Notes under the pieces: model-generated
Told to the model about the DNA's origin: nothing
Database searches by the model: none
What the model saw: the letters and a program-made list of their open reading frames with translations, nothing else
Assembly (NCBI GenBank): GCA_002104945.1
Contig: MCFH01000141.1
Location: 1-27,201 of the forward strand
Length of the DNA: 27,201 bases
Reading direction: 5' to 3'
DNA from: Piromyces finnis finn
Taxonomy: Eukaryota > Fungi > Neocallimastigomycota
Part shown: piece after piece, positions 1 through 13,164 of the stretch
How the letters are laid out: every line of letters starts with the position of its first letter
Numbering within the stretch: position 1 is the first letter of the stretch
Made by a program: the position numbers and the translations under genes

Positions 1-1980
1 GAAATACCAAAAGAGATAGGAAACTTGATTAAATTAACAAATATAAGTCTTAAACATAATGAATTAAACAAATTACCAAAAGAAATAGGAAATTTAACTA
101 GTTTAACTAGTTTAAACCTTTGCCAAAATCAGCTTTGTAAATTACCAAAAGAAATAGGAAATTTAATTCATTTAACTACTTTAAATATTAATGAAAATCA
201 AATAATAGAATTTCCAAAAGAAATTATGAATTTAAAAAAATTATCTTTATTTATGTATAAATTAAATCATTTAACCAAATCACCAGAAAAAATAGGGTGT
301 TTATCTAATTTAAAATGTTTAAATCTTTTTAATAATGGATTAAAGGAATTACCAAAAGAAATAGGAAATTTAAATCATTTAAATATTAAAGGTAATCATT
401 CAATAAAATTCGCTGGAGAAATTAAAGGTTTATACAATTTAACAAACTTAAATCTAGAGGAAATTCAATTAGAAAATATTCCAAAAGGGATATTTAATTA
501 ACCAGATTAGAGATTCTAAACCTTGGATGTAACAAATTAACAGAAATACCAAAGGAAATGAAAAATCTTACAAATTTGACTTTTTTAAATCTTAAATTTA
601 ACCAAATAACTGAATTATCAAACAAAATAGGAAAACTTTCGAATTTAATAGCATTAAATTTAATACATAATGAATTAACTAAATGACCAAAAGAAATAAA
701 GAAAATGAAAAATTTATCAAATTTATATCTTTCTATTAATCATATTACAGTATTACCAGAGGAAATAGAAAATTTAACAAATTTAAAAGAATTCTTTCTA
801 GATGATAATAAATTAACTGAACTACCAAAAAAAATAGAAAGTCTTACCAAACGAACAAAATTATATCTTCATTATAACCAAATTGCTGAAATCCCAAAAT
901 AAATTGGAAACCAAACAAAATTAACGAAATTAAATCTTGAAAATAATCAACTACCAGAAGAAATTGAAATTTTACTAATTTAAAAGATTTGAATTTTAAA
1001 AACAATAAAATGGTCGTAGTATCAAAACAAATCAAAAGTTTAACTAATTTAGTAGTATTGAGTCTAGATAATAACCAATTAAGTGAATTGCCAGAAGAAA
1101 TAGGAAATCTAACAAATTTAAAAGGTTTACAGATTAATAATAATAACATAACTAAATTACCAAAAGAAATTGGGAATTTAAATAATTTAACAAAGTTATC
1201 ACTTTCTAATAATGAACTAATTGAAATAACGAAAGAAATTGGAAGATTGACTGAGTTATCATGGTTACGTTTAGATGAAAATAAATTAACCAAATTACCA
1301 AAAGAAATAGGGAATTTAACTGCTTTATATAGCTTAAATATTGGTAATAATAAAATAACAGAAATACCAAAAGAAGTAGAAAAATTAACTAGTTTATATA
1401 ATTTAATTGTTAATAATAATGACTTTAATAATAAATTATTAGTAAAATACCCTGCCCAAAAGAAGAATTAGCACGGTTAATAAAACTTGATGTTGATGAA
1501 CCTTTATCTATTATACAATATGATTACACCTTTGAAAGTAAAGAAATAAATTTTAGAAAAAGAAAATTAACCAGAATTACCCCATGATATATTAAATATA
1601 AAACCTTAGATAGTATGGATATAAGCGATAATCAATTAACCAAATATACCTCTTTATTAGTTCCCAATATAAGAAAAATAGATATGCATAATAATAACTT
1701 TCAAACATATCAGATAATATATGGAGTTTACATCATTTGAAAGAAATTATTTTAGATAATAATATTTTTACTCCAGAATATAAAAAATAAACAGAGTAAA
1801 ACTTTTCCTAAATCCAATAATTATATATATATTATCGTAAAACTCCTTGTTTTAAGTAAAATAAAATGTCCACTTTCAGATAATGATTTAATTAGAATAT
1901 TTGATTTTTCCCATGTTTATTTATCACGTAAGTCAAATATCCCAAAATGGATGAAATCATTACATTTTTCTTATAATTAA
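1..1980 (+). pseudogene. LRR-only protein gene, paralog A, left-arm copy (5'-truncated by the window edge); 23-aa LPKEIGNL-type repeats plus a C-terminal cap
   Basis: ORF-track pieces 25-501, 705-902 and 989-1471 join into one LRR array when frameshifts are bridged by hand. The reconstructed end is ...DVDEPLSIIQYDYTFESKEINFRKRKL...IRIFDFSHVYLSRKSNIPKWMKSLHFSYN*, with the stop at 1978-1980. In-frame TGA at 684-686 (ELTK*PKEI, Leu expected) and TAA at 900-902 (EIPK*IGN, Glu expected) are also present in the mirror copy. Confidence 0.85.
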
Positions 1981-4900
1981 TTTTTTTTTTTAGTTTCTAT
2001 CATTCATTATAATTATAATGATTATATATTATATATTCACTTTTTATAATATTAAATTTAATAAAAAAGATAAATCATATAGGAAGAAGCTATAATCATT
2101 ATACAACTACTACATCTGCTATTATTATTATTATTACTACAAATAATATTATATTTAATTATTATATTGTATTATTTAAATATTTTCTTTGTGACAACAG
2201 TAAAATAAAAAAGAAAACCATCACTTTATCAAAAATTTAATGAAAAAAAAACAACTTACTTTTATTTATACTTAACAGTATATTTTGATAATAAATCTGA
2301 ATGTGTCTTGAAAATATTATTTTAAACAGATGCATTATATTAATACAATAATATTAAAAAAAGGTTTATATGCAATAAATTTTTTTTCTAAATTGTATAT
2401 AAATAATATGTATTGATATTTAAATATAATAAGATATATATTCAATAGATAAGTTTTCAAATTATTATAACCTTTCCTATATATAGTTAATATATTATTA
2501 TTCAATTTATGTATCTAAATAGATAATGAATAAATTTATATTAACCTTATAATATACATTTACTTATTTTATTTATTCCATAATTTTTTTATTAGTCATT
2601 AAAGGTATAAATGTTTTGAATGGTTTTTTAACTAAAGAAATAGTAATGTTAAGTAATAGTTTATGTAATATTATTAATTCATTATAATTTTATTATTATT
2701 ACTATTTATTTTAATATAATTAAAAGATTTTTAAATCAATATTAAAATTATAGAAAAAATAAACTAAAAATCCATTATATATATAAATTTAACCCCTACA
2801 AAATATTATAAATATTATCAACAATATAGATTTCACTAGTTTAATCGTTTAAATACAAATTCAAAAAAGTAACCTTTATTTTTTTTTATATAATAATTTA
2901 AATTATAATTTTGAAATATATATAAATAAAAATTCACTAAAAAATTAAAATTTTTTTTAAAAAAAAAAAACAGAATGAAAGAGAAAAGCATTTTATTCAT
3001 TTTAAAAGTGTAAAGAAGGAAATTTACTGCAAAATTTATTTATTTAAAATCTTTTCAACGTCATTCAATGCATACTGGAAAAGTAAAATAAAAGGAAGCA
3101 TTGTTAATATTTTTAATTCTAAAAAAATAAAAAAATATTCAACTGGAGGAACAAGAAAAAACATAATAAAATCAGCAATGAATTTAATTTATTTGATATT
3201 GAACCAATATGAATTAACATTAAACAAAGAAAGAGGTTTATGTAATTGATTGTCAAAATAGTTTGGATTATTTTTTTTTATTATTTTATAGAGTCTTGGT
3301 TTTTTTTACATGAGATGAGATTATTACAATTATAATGCCTAATTTAATAATAATTATATTTGACATATATACCAATTATAAATAAATATAATATGAAAAA
3401 TAATAAAAAAGTAAAATGAATCTATGATTTTAATTTATTTTATTATATCATTTTTTTTTTTTTTTTGTTTATCTAATTCATAATATTCAAATTAATATTA
3501 ACTATTTTTATAGTATTATTAATACAATAGATTTATAAACAATATTTCAAAATACTATATGTAAGTAAATAACATTATTTAAAATTGTTTATTGCCTGGT
3601 TGTAATTAAATTTCTTTTGTGAGGATTTAATAAAATAGTATTATTTCTTTTTTTAATTCATCATCATCATCATTATTATTATGGTATAAGTCTGAAGGAA
3701 AAAAGAGAGAAAATAACAACAATAACAATGGTGTAAATATTTTAAAGGAATGAACTATTAAAGAAATTTAATAAAAATAATGGTTATGTTGATAAAACAT
3801 GATTTATATGGTGTATGGAATTAAGTGTTGTAGAAATAATAACTTGTCAAAAAGATTTAGAAAATCATTAAATCTAGTTATGTTAAATTCTTTTTATAGC
3901 AAAAACGAAAATGATAAAAAAAGTCAGTTATGAATTTCATATATTTTTTAGAAAAAGCGGATATAAAAAAGATTTTTTAAAAATCTTCAAAGAACGATCC
4001 CAGTGATATATTTAAGTTTTTATAATTTTTAAAGATAAAACAAAAGAAGAATTTTAGGAATGTTTTTTTAAAATAAAAATAGTCGACCTATACGAATTTA
4101 ATAAGGCACAAAAAAATTAGGTAAATTATATCATAAACGTTATTATTTATTTCATCAATATATATATATATATTTATTTTAATTGTTATCCTTCCCTTTG
4201 AAACCATTAAATTTAACCATAATAAATTTTTATTCATGGCTAGTTTTTTCCTAATAAAAAATTGACGAAGGAAGGTTTTAAATTTATTATTTTAATATAA
4301 ATATTTTATTAGAAATTAAATTAATTTTTTTTTATTATTGGTATCTCCCATTGAATAACATCCCCTTTTTTTCAAATTTAACATTTCAATACAATGCACT
4401 TTAATAATTAAAAAAAAAAGAATGATGCTAAAGAAAAATAAAATAAATAAAAAAGGATTTAGCCATAAACAAAACAAAACTTTTTTTTTTAAGTTATTCT
4501 TTAAAATCTAATATTTTTTTTTTTTTTTGAAATTTGGTTTTAAAAATGCCTTTTTTTTTTTTATTTTTCAAAATTCTTATTTTTTTTTTAAATTTATGCC
4601 ATTCAATATTAATGTTACAACCCAATTTAATTACTTATGTTATCATTATTGATGTAACATAAATACTGACGTTTATTGGTTCATACATTTTCTTTTATTA
4701 AAATTTATATTAATTTTATATTAAACAGAAAAACAAATAAATTATTATTTATAAATAAAAATTCAATTTATTTAATATATTTTAATAAAAATACAAGAAA
4801 TTTTAAATTTTCCATAATAAAAAATTAGAAATTAAAAAATTTTTTTTTTTATATTATTCATAATCATGACTCAAATCATTAATAATTGGTATAACAACCT

Positions 4901-5155
4901 TTTTGTTATTAGTTGAATTAAGATTATTGTTTTTATCTTTGTTATTTTTCTTTATTTTTATTCATCCTTTCAACCAAGTTTAAATATTTTATTATTTTAA
5001 AAAGAAAGAATTAAAAGAAAATAACAATTTTAATTTTATTTAATTAAAATTTTGATATCCATTTTTTGATTATTAAATTTATTTGAGAAATTTAATGGTT
5101 ACACAAAAAAGGAAAGAATATAAATTGAAGGGAAAAATTTTTTTTTTTTTTTTTT
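1..5155 (+). repeat. Left arm of giant palindrome (extends to the window edge)
   Basis: Position 1 (gaaataccaaaagagatagg) pairs with 10326. Stop codon 1980 pairs with 8346. The mirror match was followed at many points along the whole length. Confidence 0.97.
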
Positions 5156-5164
5156 CCTTTTTAG

Positions 5165-8100
5165 AAAAAAAAAAAAAAAAATTTTTCCTTCAATTTATAT
5201 TCTTTCCTTTTTTGTGTAACCATTAAATTCTCAAATAAAATTTAATAATCAAAAAATGGATCATCAAAAATTTTAATTTAAATAAAATTAAAATTTGATT
5301 ATTTTCTTTTAATTCTTTCTTTTTAAAATAATAAATATTTAAACTTGGTTGAAAGGATGAATAAATAATAAGAAAAATAACAAAGATAAAAACAATAATC
5401 TTAATTCAACTAATAACAAAAAAGGTTGTTATACCAATTATTAATGATTTGAGTCATGATTATGAATAATATAAAAAAAAATTTTTTAATTTCTAATTTT
5501 TTATTATGGAAATTTAAATTTCTGTATTTTTATTAAAATATATTAAATAAATTGAATTTTTATTTATAAATAATAATTTATTTGTTTTTCTGTTTAATAT
5601 AAAATTAATATAAATTTTAATAAAAGAAAATGTATGAACCAATAAACGTCAGTATTTATGTTACATCAATAATGATAACATAAGTAATTAAATTGGTGTA
5701 ACATTAATATTGAATGGCATAAATTAAAAAAAAATAAGAATTTGAAAAATAAAAAAAAAAAAGGCATTTTAAAACCAAATTTCAAAAAAAAAAAAAAATA
5801 TTAGATTTTAAAGAATAACTTAAAAAAAAAAGTTTTGTTTTGTTTATGGCTAAATCCTTTTATTATTTATTTTATTTTCTTTAGCATCATTCTTTTTTTT
5901 TTAATTATTAAAGTGCATTGTATTGAAATGTTAAATTTGAAAAAAAGGGGATGTTATTCAATGGGAGATACCAATAATAAAAAAAAATTAATTTAATTTC
6001 TAATAAAATATTTATATTAAAATAATAAATTTAAAACCTTCCTTCGTCAATTTTTATTAGGAAAAAACTAGCCATGAATAAAATTTATTATGGTTAAATT
6101 TAATGGTTTCAAAGGGAAGGATAACAATTAAAATAAATATATATATATATATTGATGAAATAAATAATAACGTTTATGATATAATTTACCTAATTTTTTT
6201 GTGCCTTATTAAATTCGTATAGGTCGACTATTTTTATTTTAAAAAACATTCCTAAAATTCTTCTTTTGTTTTATCTTTAAAAATTATAAAAACTTAAATA
6301 TATCACTGGGATCGTTCTTTGAAGATTTTTAAAAAATCTTTTTTATATCCGCTTTTTCTAAAAATATATGAAATTCATAACTGACTTTTTTTATCATTTT
6401 CGTTTTTGCTATAAAAGAATTTAACATAACTAGATTTAATGATTTTCTAAATCTTTTTTGACAAGTTATTATTTCTACAACACTTAATTCCATACACCAT
6501 ATAAATCATGTTTTATCAACATAACCATTATTTTTATTAAATTTCTTTAATAGTTCATTCCTTTAAAATATTTACACCATTGTTATTGTTGTTATTTTCT
6601 CTCTTTTTTCCTTCAGACTTATACCATAATAATAATGATGATGATGATGAATTAAAAAAAAGAAATAATACTATTTTATTAAATCCTCACAAAAGAAATT
6701 TAATTACAACCAGGCAATTAAACAATTTTAAATAATGTTATTTACTTACATATAGTATTTTGAAATATTGTTTATAAAATCTATTGTATTAATAATACTA
6801 TAAAAATAGTTTAATATTAATTTGATATATATGAGATTAGATAAACAAAAAAAAAAAAAAAAATGATATAATAAAATAAATTAAAATCATAGATTCATTT
6901 TACTTTTTTATTATTTTTCATATTATATTTTATTTATAATGGTATATATGTCAAATATAATTATTATTAAATTAGCATTATAATTGTAATTAATCTCATC
7001 TCATGTAAAAAAAACCAAGACTCTATAAAATAATAAAAAAAATAATCCAAACTATTTTGACAAGTCAATTACATAAACCTCTTTCTTTGTTTAATGTTAA
7101 TTCATATTGGTTCAATATCAAATAAATTAAATTCATTGCTGATTTTATTATGTTTTTTCTTGTTCCTCCAGTTGAATATTTTTTATTTTTTTTAGATTAA
7201 AAATATTAACAATGCTTCCTTTTATTTTACTTTTCCAGTATGCATTGAATGACGTTGAAAAGATTTTAAATAAATAAATTTTGCAGTAAATTTCCTTTCT
7301 TTACACTTTTAAAATGAATAAAATTGCTTTTCTTCTTTCATTCTGTTTTTTTTTTTTAAAAAAAAATTTTAATTTTTTAGTGAATTTTTTATTTATATAT
7401 ATTTCAAAATTATAATTTAAATTATTATATAAAAAAAAATAAAGGTTACTTTTTGAATTTGTATTTAAACGATTAAACTAGTGAAATCTATATTGTTGAT
7501 AATATTTATAATATTTTGTAGGGGTTAAATTTATATATATAATGGATTTTTAGTTTATTTTTTCTATAATTTTAATATTGATTTAAAAATCTTTTTAATT
7601 ATATTAAAATAAATAGTAATAATAATAAAATTATAATGAATTAATAATATTACATAAACTATTACTTAACATTACTATTCTTTAGTTAAAAAACCATTCA
7701 AAACATTTATACCTTTAATGACTAATAAAAAAAAATTATGGAATAAATAAAATAAGTAAATGTATATTATAAGGTTAATATAAATTTATTCATTATCTAT
7801 TTAGAATACATAAATTGAATAATAATAGTATTAACTATATATAGGAAAGGTTATAATAATTTGAAACTTATCTATTGAATATATATCTTATTATATTTAA
7901 ATATCAATACATTATTATTTATATACAATTTTAGAAAAAAAAATTTATTGCATATAAACCTTTTTTTTAATATTATTGTATTAATATATGCATCTGTTTA
8001 AAATAATATTTCAAGACACATTCAGATTTATTATCAAAATATACTGTTAAGTATAAATAAAAGTAAGTTGTTTTTTTTTTTCATTAAATTTTTGATAAAG

Positions 8101-10326
8101 TGATGGTTTTCTTTTTTTATTTTACTGTTGTCACAAAGAAAATATTTAAATAATACAATATAATAATTAAATATAATATTATTTGTAGTAATAATAATAA
8201 TAATAGCAGATGTAGTAGTTGTATAATGATTATAGCTTCTTCCTATATGATTTATCTTTTTTATTAAATTTAATATTAATAAAAAGTGAATATATAATAT
8301 ATAATCATTATAATTATAATGAATGATAGAAACTAAAAAAAAAAATTAATTATAAGAAAAATGTAATGATTTCATCCATTTTGGGATATTTGACTTACGT
8401 GATAAATAAACATGGGAAAAATCAAATATTCTAATTAAAATCATTATCTGAAAGTGGACATTTTATTTTACTTAAAACAAGGAGTTTTACGATAATATAT
8501 ATATAATTATTGGATTTAGGAAAAGTTTTACTCTGTTTATTTTTTATATTCTGGAGTAAAAATATTATTATCTAAAATAATTTCTTTCAAAATGATGTAA
8601 ACTCCATATATTATCTGATATGTTTTGAAAGTTATTATTATGCATATCTATTTTTCTTATATTGGGACTAATAAAGAGGTATATTTGTTAATTGATTATC
8701 GCTTATATCCATACTATCTAAGGTTTTCATATTTAATATATCATGGGGTAATTCTGTTAATTTTCTTTTCTAAAATTTATTTCTTTACTTTCAAAGGTGT
8801 AATCAATTGTATAATAGATAAAGGTTCATCAACATCAAGTTTTATTAACCGTGCTAATTCTTCTTTTTGGGCAGGGTATTTTACTAATAATTTATTATTA
8901 AAGTCATTATTATTAACAATTAAATTATATAAACTAGTTAATTTTTCTACTTCTTTTGGTATTTCTGTTATTTTATTATTACCAATATTTAAGCTATATA
9001 AAGCAGTTAAATTCCCTATTTCTTTTGGTAATTTGGTTAATTTATTTTCATCTAACGTAACCATGATAACTCAGTCAATCTTCCAATTTCTTTCGTTATT
9101 TCAATTAGTTCATTATTAGAAAGTGATAACTTTGTTAAATTATTTAAATTCCCAATTTCTTTTGGTAATTTAGTTATGTTATTATTATTAATCTGTAAAC
9201 CTTTTAAATTTGTTAGATTTCCTATTTCTTCTGGCAATTCACTTAATTGGTTATTATCTAGACTCAATACTACTAAATTAGTTAAACTTTTGATTTGTTT
9301 TGATACTACGACCATTTTATTGTTTTTAAAATTCAAATCTTTTAAATTAGTAAAATTTCAATTTCTTCTGGTAGTTGATTATTTTCAAGATTTAATTTCG
9401 TTAATTTTGTTTGGTTTCCAATTTATTTTGGGATTTCAGCAATTTGGTTATAATGAAGATATAATTTTGTTCGTTTGGTAAGACTTTCTATTTTTTTTGG
9501 TAGTTCAGTTAATTTATTATCATCTAGAAAGAATTCTTTTAAATTTGTTAAATTTTCTATTTCCTCTGGTAATACTGTAATATGATTAATAGAAAGATAT
9601 AAATTTGATAAATTTTTCATTTTCTTTATTTCTTTTGGTCATTTAGTTAATTCATTATGTATTAAATTTAATGCTATTAAATTCGAAAGTTTTCCTATTT
9701 TGTTTGATAATTCAGTTATTTGGTTAAATTTAAGATTTAAAAAAAGTCAAATTTGTAAGATTTTTCATTTCCTTTGGTATTTCTGTTAATTTGTTACATC
9801 CAAGGTTTAGAATCTCTAATCTGGTTAATTATAATATCCCTTTTGGAATATTTTCTAATTGAATTTCCTCTAGATTTAAGTTTGTTAAATTGTATAAACC
9901 TTTAATTTCTCCAGCGAATTTTATTGAATGATTACCTTTAATATTTAAATGATTTAAATTTCCTATTTCTTTTGGTAATTCCTTTAATCCATTATTAAAA
10001 AGATTTAAACATTTTAAATTAGATAAACACCCTATTTTTTCTGGTGATTTGGTTAAATGATTTAATTTATACATAAATAAAGATAATTTTTTTAAATTCA
10101 TAATTTCTTTTGGAAATTCTATTATTTGATTTTCATTAATATTTAAAGTAGTTAAATGAATTAAATTTCCTATTTCTTTTGGTAATTTACAAAGCTGATT
10201 TTGGCAAAGGTTTAAACTAGTTAAACTAGTTAAATTTCCTATTTCTTTTGGTAATTTGTTTAATTCATTATGTTTAAGACTTATATTTGTTAATTTAATC
10301 AAGTTTCCTATCTCTTTTGGTATTTC
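5165..10326 (-). repeat. Right arm of giant palindrome
   Basis: Reverse complement of 1-5155, with differences almost all 1-bp indels. The spacer at 5156-5164 is cctttttag, flanked by T18 (5138-5155) and A17 (5165-5181). Confidence 0.97.
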
Positions 10327-10878
10327 ATTAAGTCTATTATGGCTAACATTTAAATTGGTCAAATTTCCTATTTCTTTGGGTAGTTTTACAATCCATTTAG
10401 ATTCAAGAGATAAATTTATCAAATTGATTAGATTTCCTATTTCTTTTGGTAATTCTATCAAATCATTATATTCAACAGTTAAATTTATTAAATTGGTCAA
10501 GTTTCCTATTTCTCTTGGTAATTCAGATATATAATTATGTTTAAGATTTAAATCGGTTAATTTTGTTAACCATTCTATTTCTTTGGGAAGTTCTATTGTA
10601 TATACATTACTTATTTCTAATATATCCATATTAATAGCTTTCTCAAATAAAATAGAAAAAAATTTTTAATATTTTTCCTAATATTATTGTCAATATCTTG
10701 ATAGACATATCGATTATTATTAATTACTAATTTTTTAAATTTTGAATAGTGAATTTTTTACATGGATTTTTTTTAATTCATCTATCATAATATTTATTGT
10801 TTCTGACTCATCTATTTTAATAGCTTCATCAGAAACCATTAATGATAATGAAATTGGATTTTTATTCCTTTCTACCAT
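8346..10878 (-). pseudogene. LRR-only protein gene, paralog A, right-arm copy (full length): ~100-aa N-cap, ~25 LRRs, C-cap
   Basis: This is the reverse complement of 1-1980 plus the 5' part. Manual translation from ATG 10878 gives MVERNKNPISLSLMVSDEAIKIDESETINIMIDELKKIHV..., which links across indels to ORFs 9829-10629, 9423-9620, 9052-9336 and 8777-9064. It has the same TGA (9639-9641) and TAA (9423-9425) as the left copy. The start codon is uncertain (10878 or 10839). Confidence 0.85.
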
Positions 10879-13164
10879 TTTTTAAATTTTTCTCTTATTT
10901 TAAACTATTTTCAATTAATTACTCTTTTTGTTATGTTTACTTATTATTATTTTTTATTTGTTATGAAAAAGATAGTAATATTTTCTTGTTTCTTATTGTT
11001 TTCTTTTATAATTTTTTTTTACTTTTTTATTTTACATTTTAAATGGTTAATAATTAATAAATTTAATATATAATATTGTTCTAAAAAAAAACTAATAATA
11101 AAAACTTTTCAAATTTTTATTAGAATAAAGCCACAAACTAAACTTTTTATATATTTGTTGTGATACTAAATAATAATAAAATGTTGTCCTAAATTTTACT
11201 ATTATCAAAAAAGGATGTATTTACAAAATGAATAAATGTTAATATCTTACAATTTAAAATTGAAACTTGATTGATTTATATTTTTTTATAATTTTATAAA
11301 TGAAATTAAATAAGTTTTTCCAATTATCTTTTGAGTTAAATTATAATTTATTGAACAGCTTTATAAATTTTGAATTTCCTTAAAATTCACTAATACTAAA
11401 AAATAAATATATTAGAAAAGGTTATTAGATAATTCAAAAGATTCATGTTTATATTAAAATATAAATATATATCAATTAATATAATGTACTAAGAATATCA
11501 TTAACTATCAAAATAGTTAGAGAAAGTCAATATTTTAAAAATTTAAATTCAAAGCTTTGCAACTTAAAAATGACAGAGATAGTAAATTTAATTTCATCAA
11601 TATTTATATTCTTCAAAAGTTGTAATATATATTAATCATTAACTATATCAATAATTTAAATAAAGATTCTAAATTACATCTATATTGTTATGAAAAAATG
11701 TTGCATCTTAATAATTTTTAATTACTATATTACTTTATTTTTTAAATATTTTAAGCACTATCTTATATAATGTATTTTCAACAAAAAATAAAAAAAAATA
11801 ATATTTTATTTAATTTTTAGTACAAAATTGAATAAAATAGTATTTTTTTAATTGAAATTGAAAAAAATATAGCTCTTACACCTTTCTTTTTAGAATAGTG
11901 TAAATATTAATTTTATCCTATTTCCCTAATAATTAATGCTACTAATGTCGATAATAAAAATAAATTAAAAATGTTATTGGTTGAAGAAATATATTTATAA
12001 ATGTAATCCTACTAATCTTTGAAAATATTAAAAATTGAATTTTTATTTTTTTTAACTTAGCCACCAATAAATTTTTATTATAATATTTTTATTTTACTGT
12101 TAATCTATAGTGAATTTAAATTTAAAAAAAAAAAAAAGGTAAAAGTTTAAGTATAATTTAAATTGAACAAAGTTTAACTATTAATTGATTTATTTAAAAG
12201 ATAAAAATGAAACATATTCTCTATTGATTTACCTATTTGTTTATTTGGTATTTATTTATTAAATTATTTATTGTGTATTTTATTATTTTGAATTTGAATA
12301 AAATAAAACTTAAGTATAGAATTATTATAGAATTATTAAAAATTAAACATTTACCTATTTATTAAACAGAGGAAATTATATATATATATTTATATTACTA
12401 TTTTTTATTATTATCATTCAATAGATAATCTTAATCAAACTTAGTGTTACTAAGTTGAATATTATAGCAATTATCATATTAAGCATTAATATATTAATAC
12501 CTTATTATTATATTAATAATATAACTATTAATGATACTCAAATGCACAGTTTAAATTGTTTAAGATATTGGTCGTTAATATTAAAGTAAATAATAAAAAT
12601 AATATAAATAAATTATGTATTTAAAATTATACTTTGCTATTTAAGGTAGTAAAGTTCAATTTAATCGAAATAAATAGTTAGTAAATATGTATAATAAATA
12701 AATATTATAATTTATTAAATAACATTATATCAAATTAAATTCATATTTTTTAAAAATTTAAAGTAATAACAACGAACTATAAATGTAAATAATCTTTTAC
12801 TTAACATTACCATTTTTTTAATTGAAGACTATTCAATATATTTATATCTTTAAATCCATTAAAATATTTATCACGATTAGTAATTTAATAATATTTACAT
12901 ATGTAAATTTAGCCTACATAGTATTATAAATATTATCAACAAAATAGATTCCATTAGTTTAATCATTTATGATAAATAAGTTTTTAAAAAGTAAAAGTAC
13001 AATTTCAAAAAGAAGCATTTGTTTAATTTTATTTTTTTTCCTTCATTCCTACAATGAAAATGAAAATTTTCCATCACCAGCAATGAACGTTGAATTATTT
13101 TTTTTTTTTTTTGTGAATTTGCAAAATTCATATTTAAAGTATTTTTATTAGTATCAACTTTTAA

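Noticed and set aside
684-902. Alternative genetic code or programmed readthrough to explain the in-frame TGA and TAA
   Set aside because: The two stops replace different residues (Leu and Glu), each by one substitution. CAA, GAA and TGG are used normally, and the stops co-occur with a shared frameshift and other repeat degeneration. Pseudogenisation is simpler.
2975-3100. Zinc-finger-like peptide (KCKERKF...LKSFQRHSMHTG) in one frame of the arm sequence
   Set aside because: It is interrupted by stops, the Cys/His spacing does not fit C2H2, and the frame depends on which arm's indels are used.
2789-7526. TTAACCCC at 2789 and its mirror GGGGTTAA at ~7521 as piggyBac ends, or TAACCC as telomeric repeat
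   Set aside because: The mirror copy is explained by the palindrome, whose homology runs straight through this site. Only single hexamers occur, with no telomeric array.
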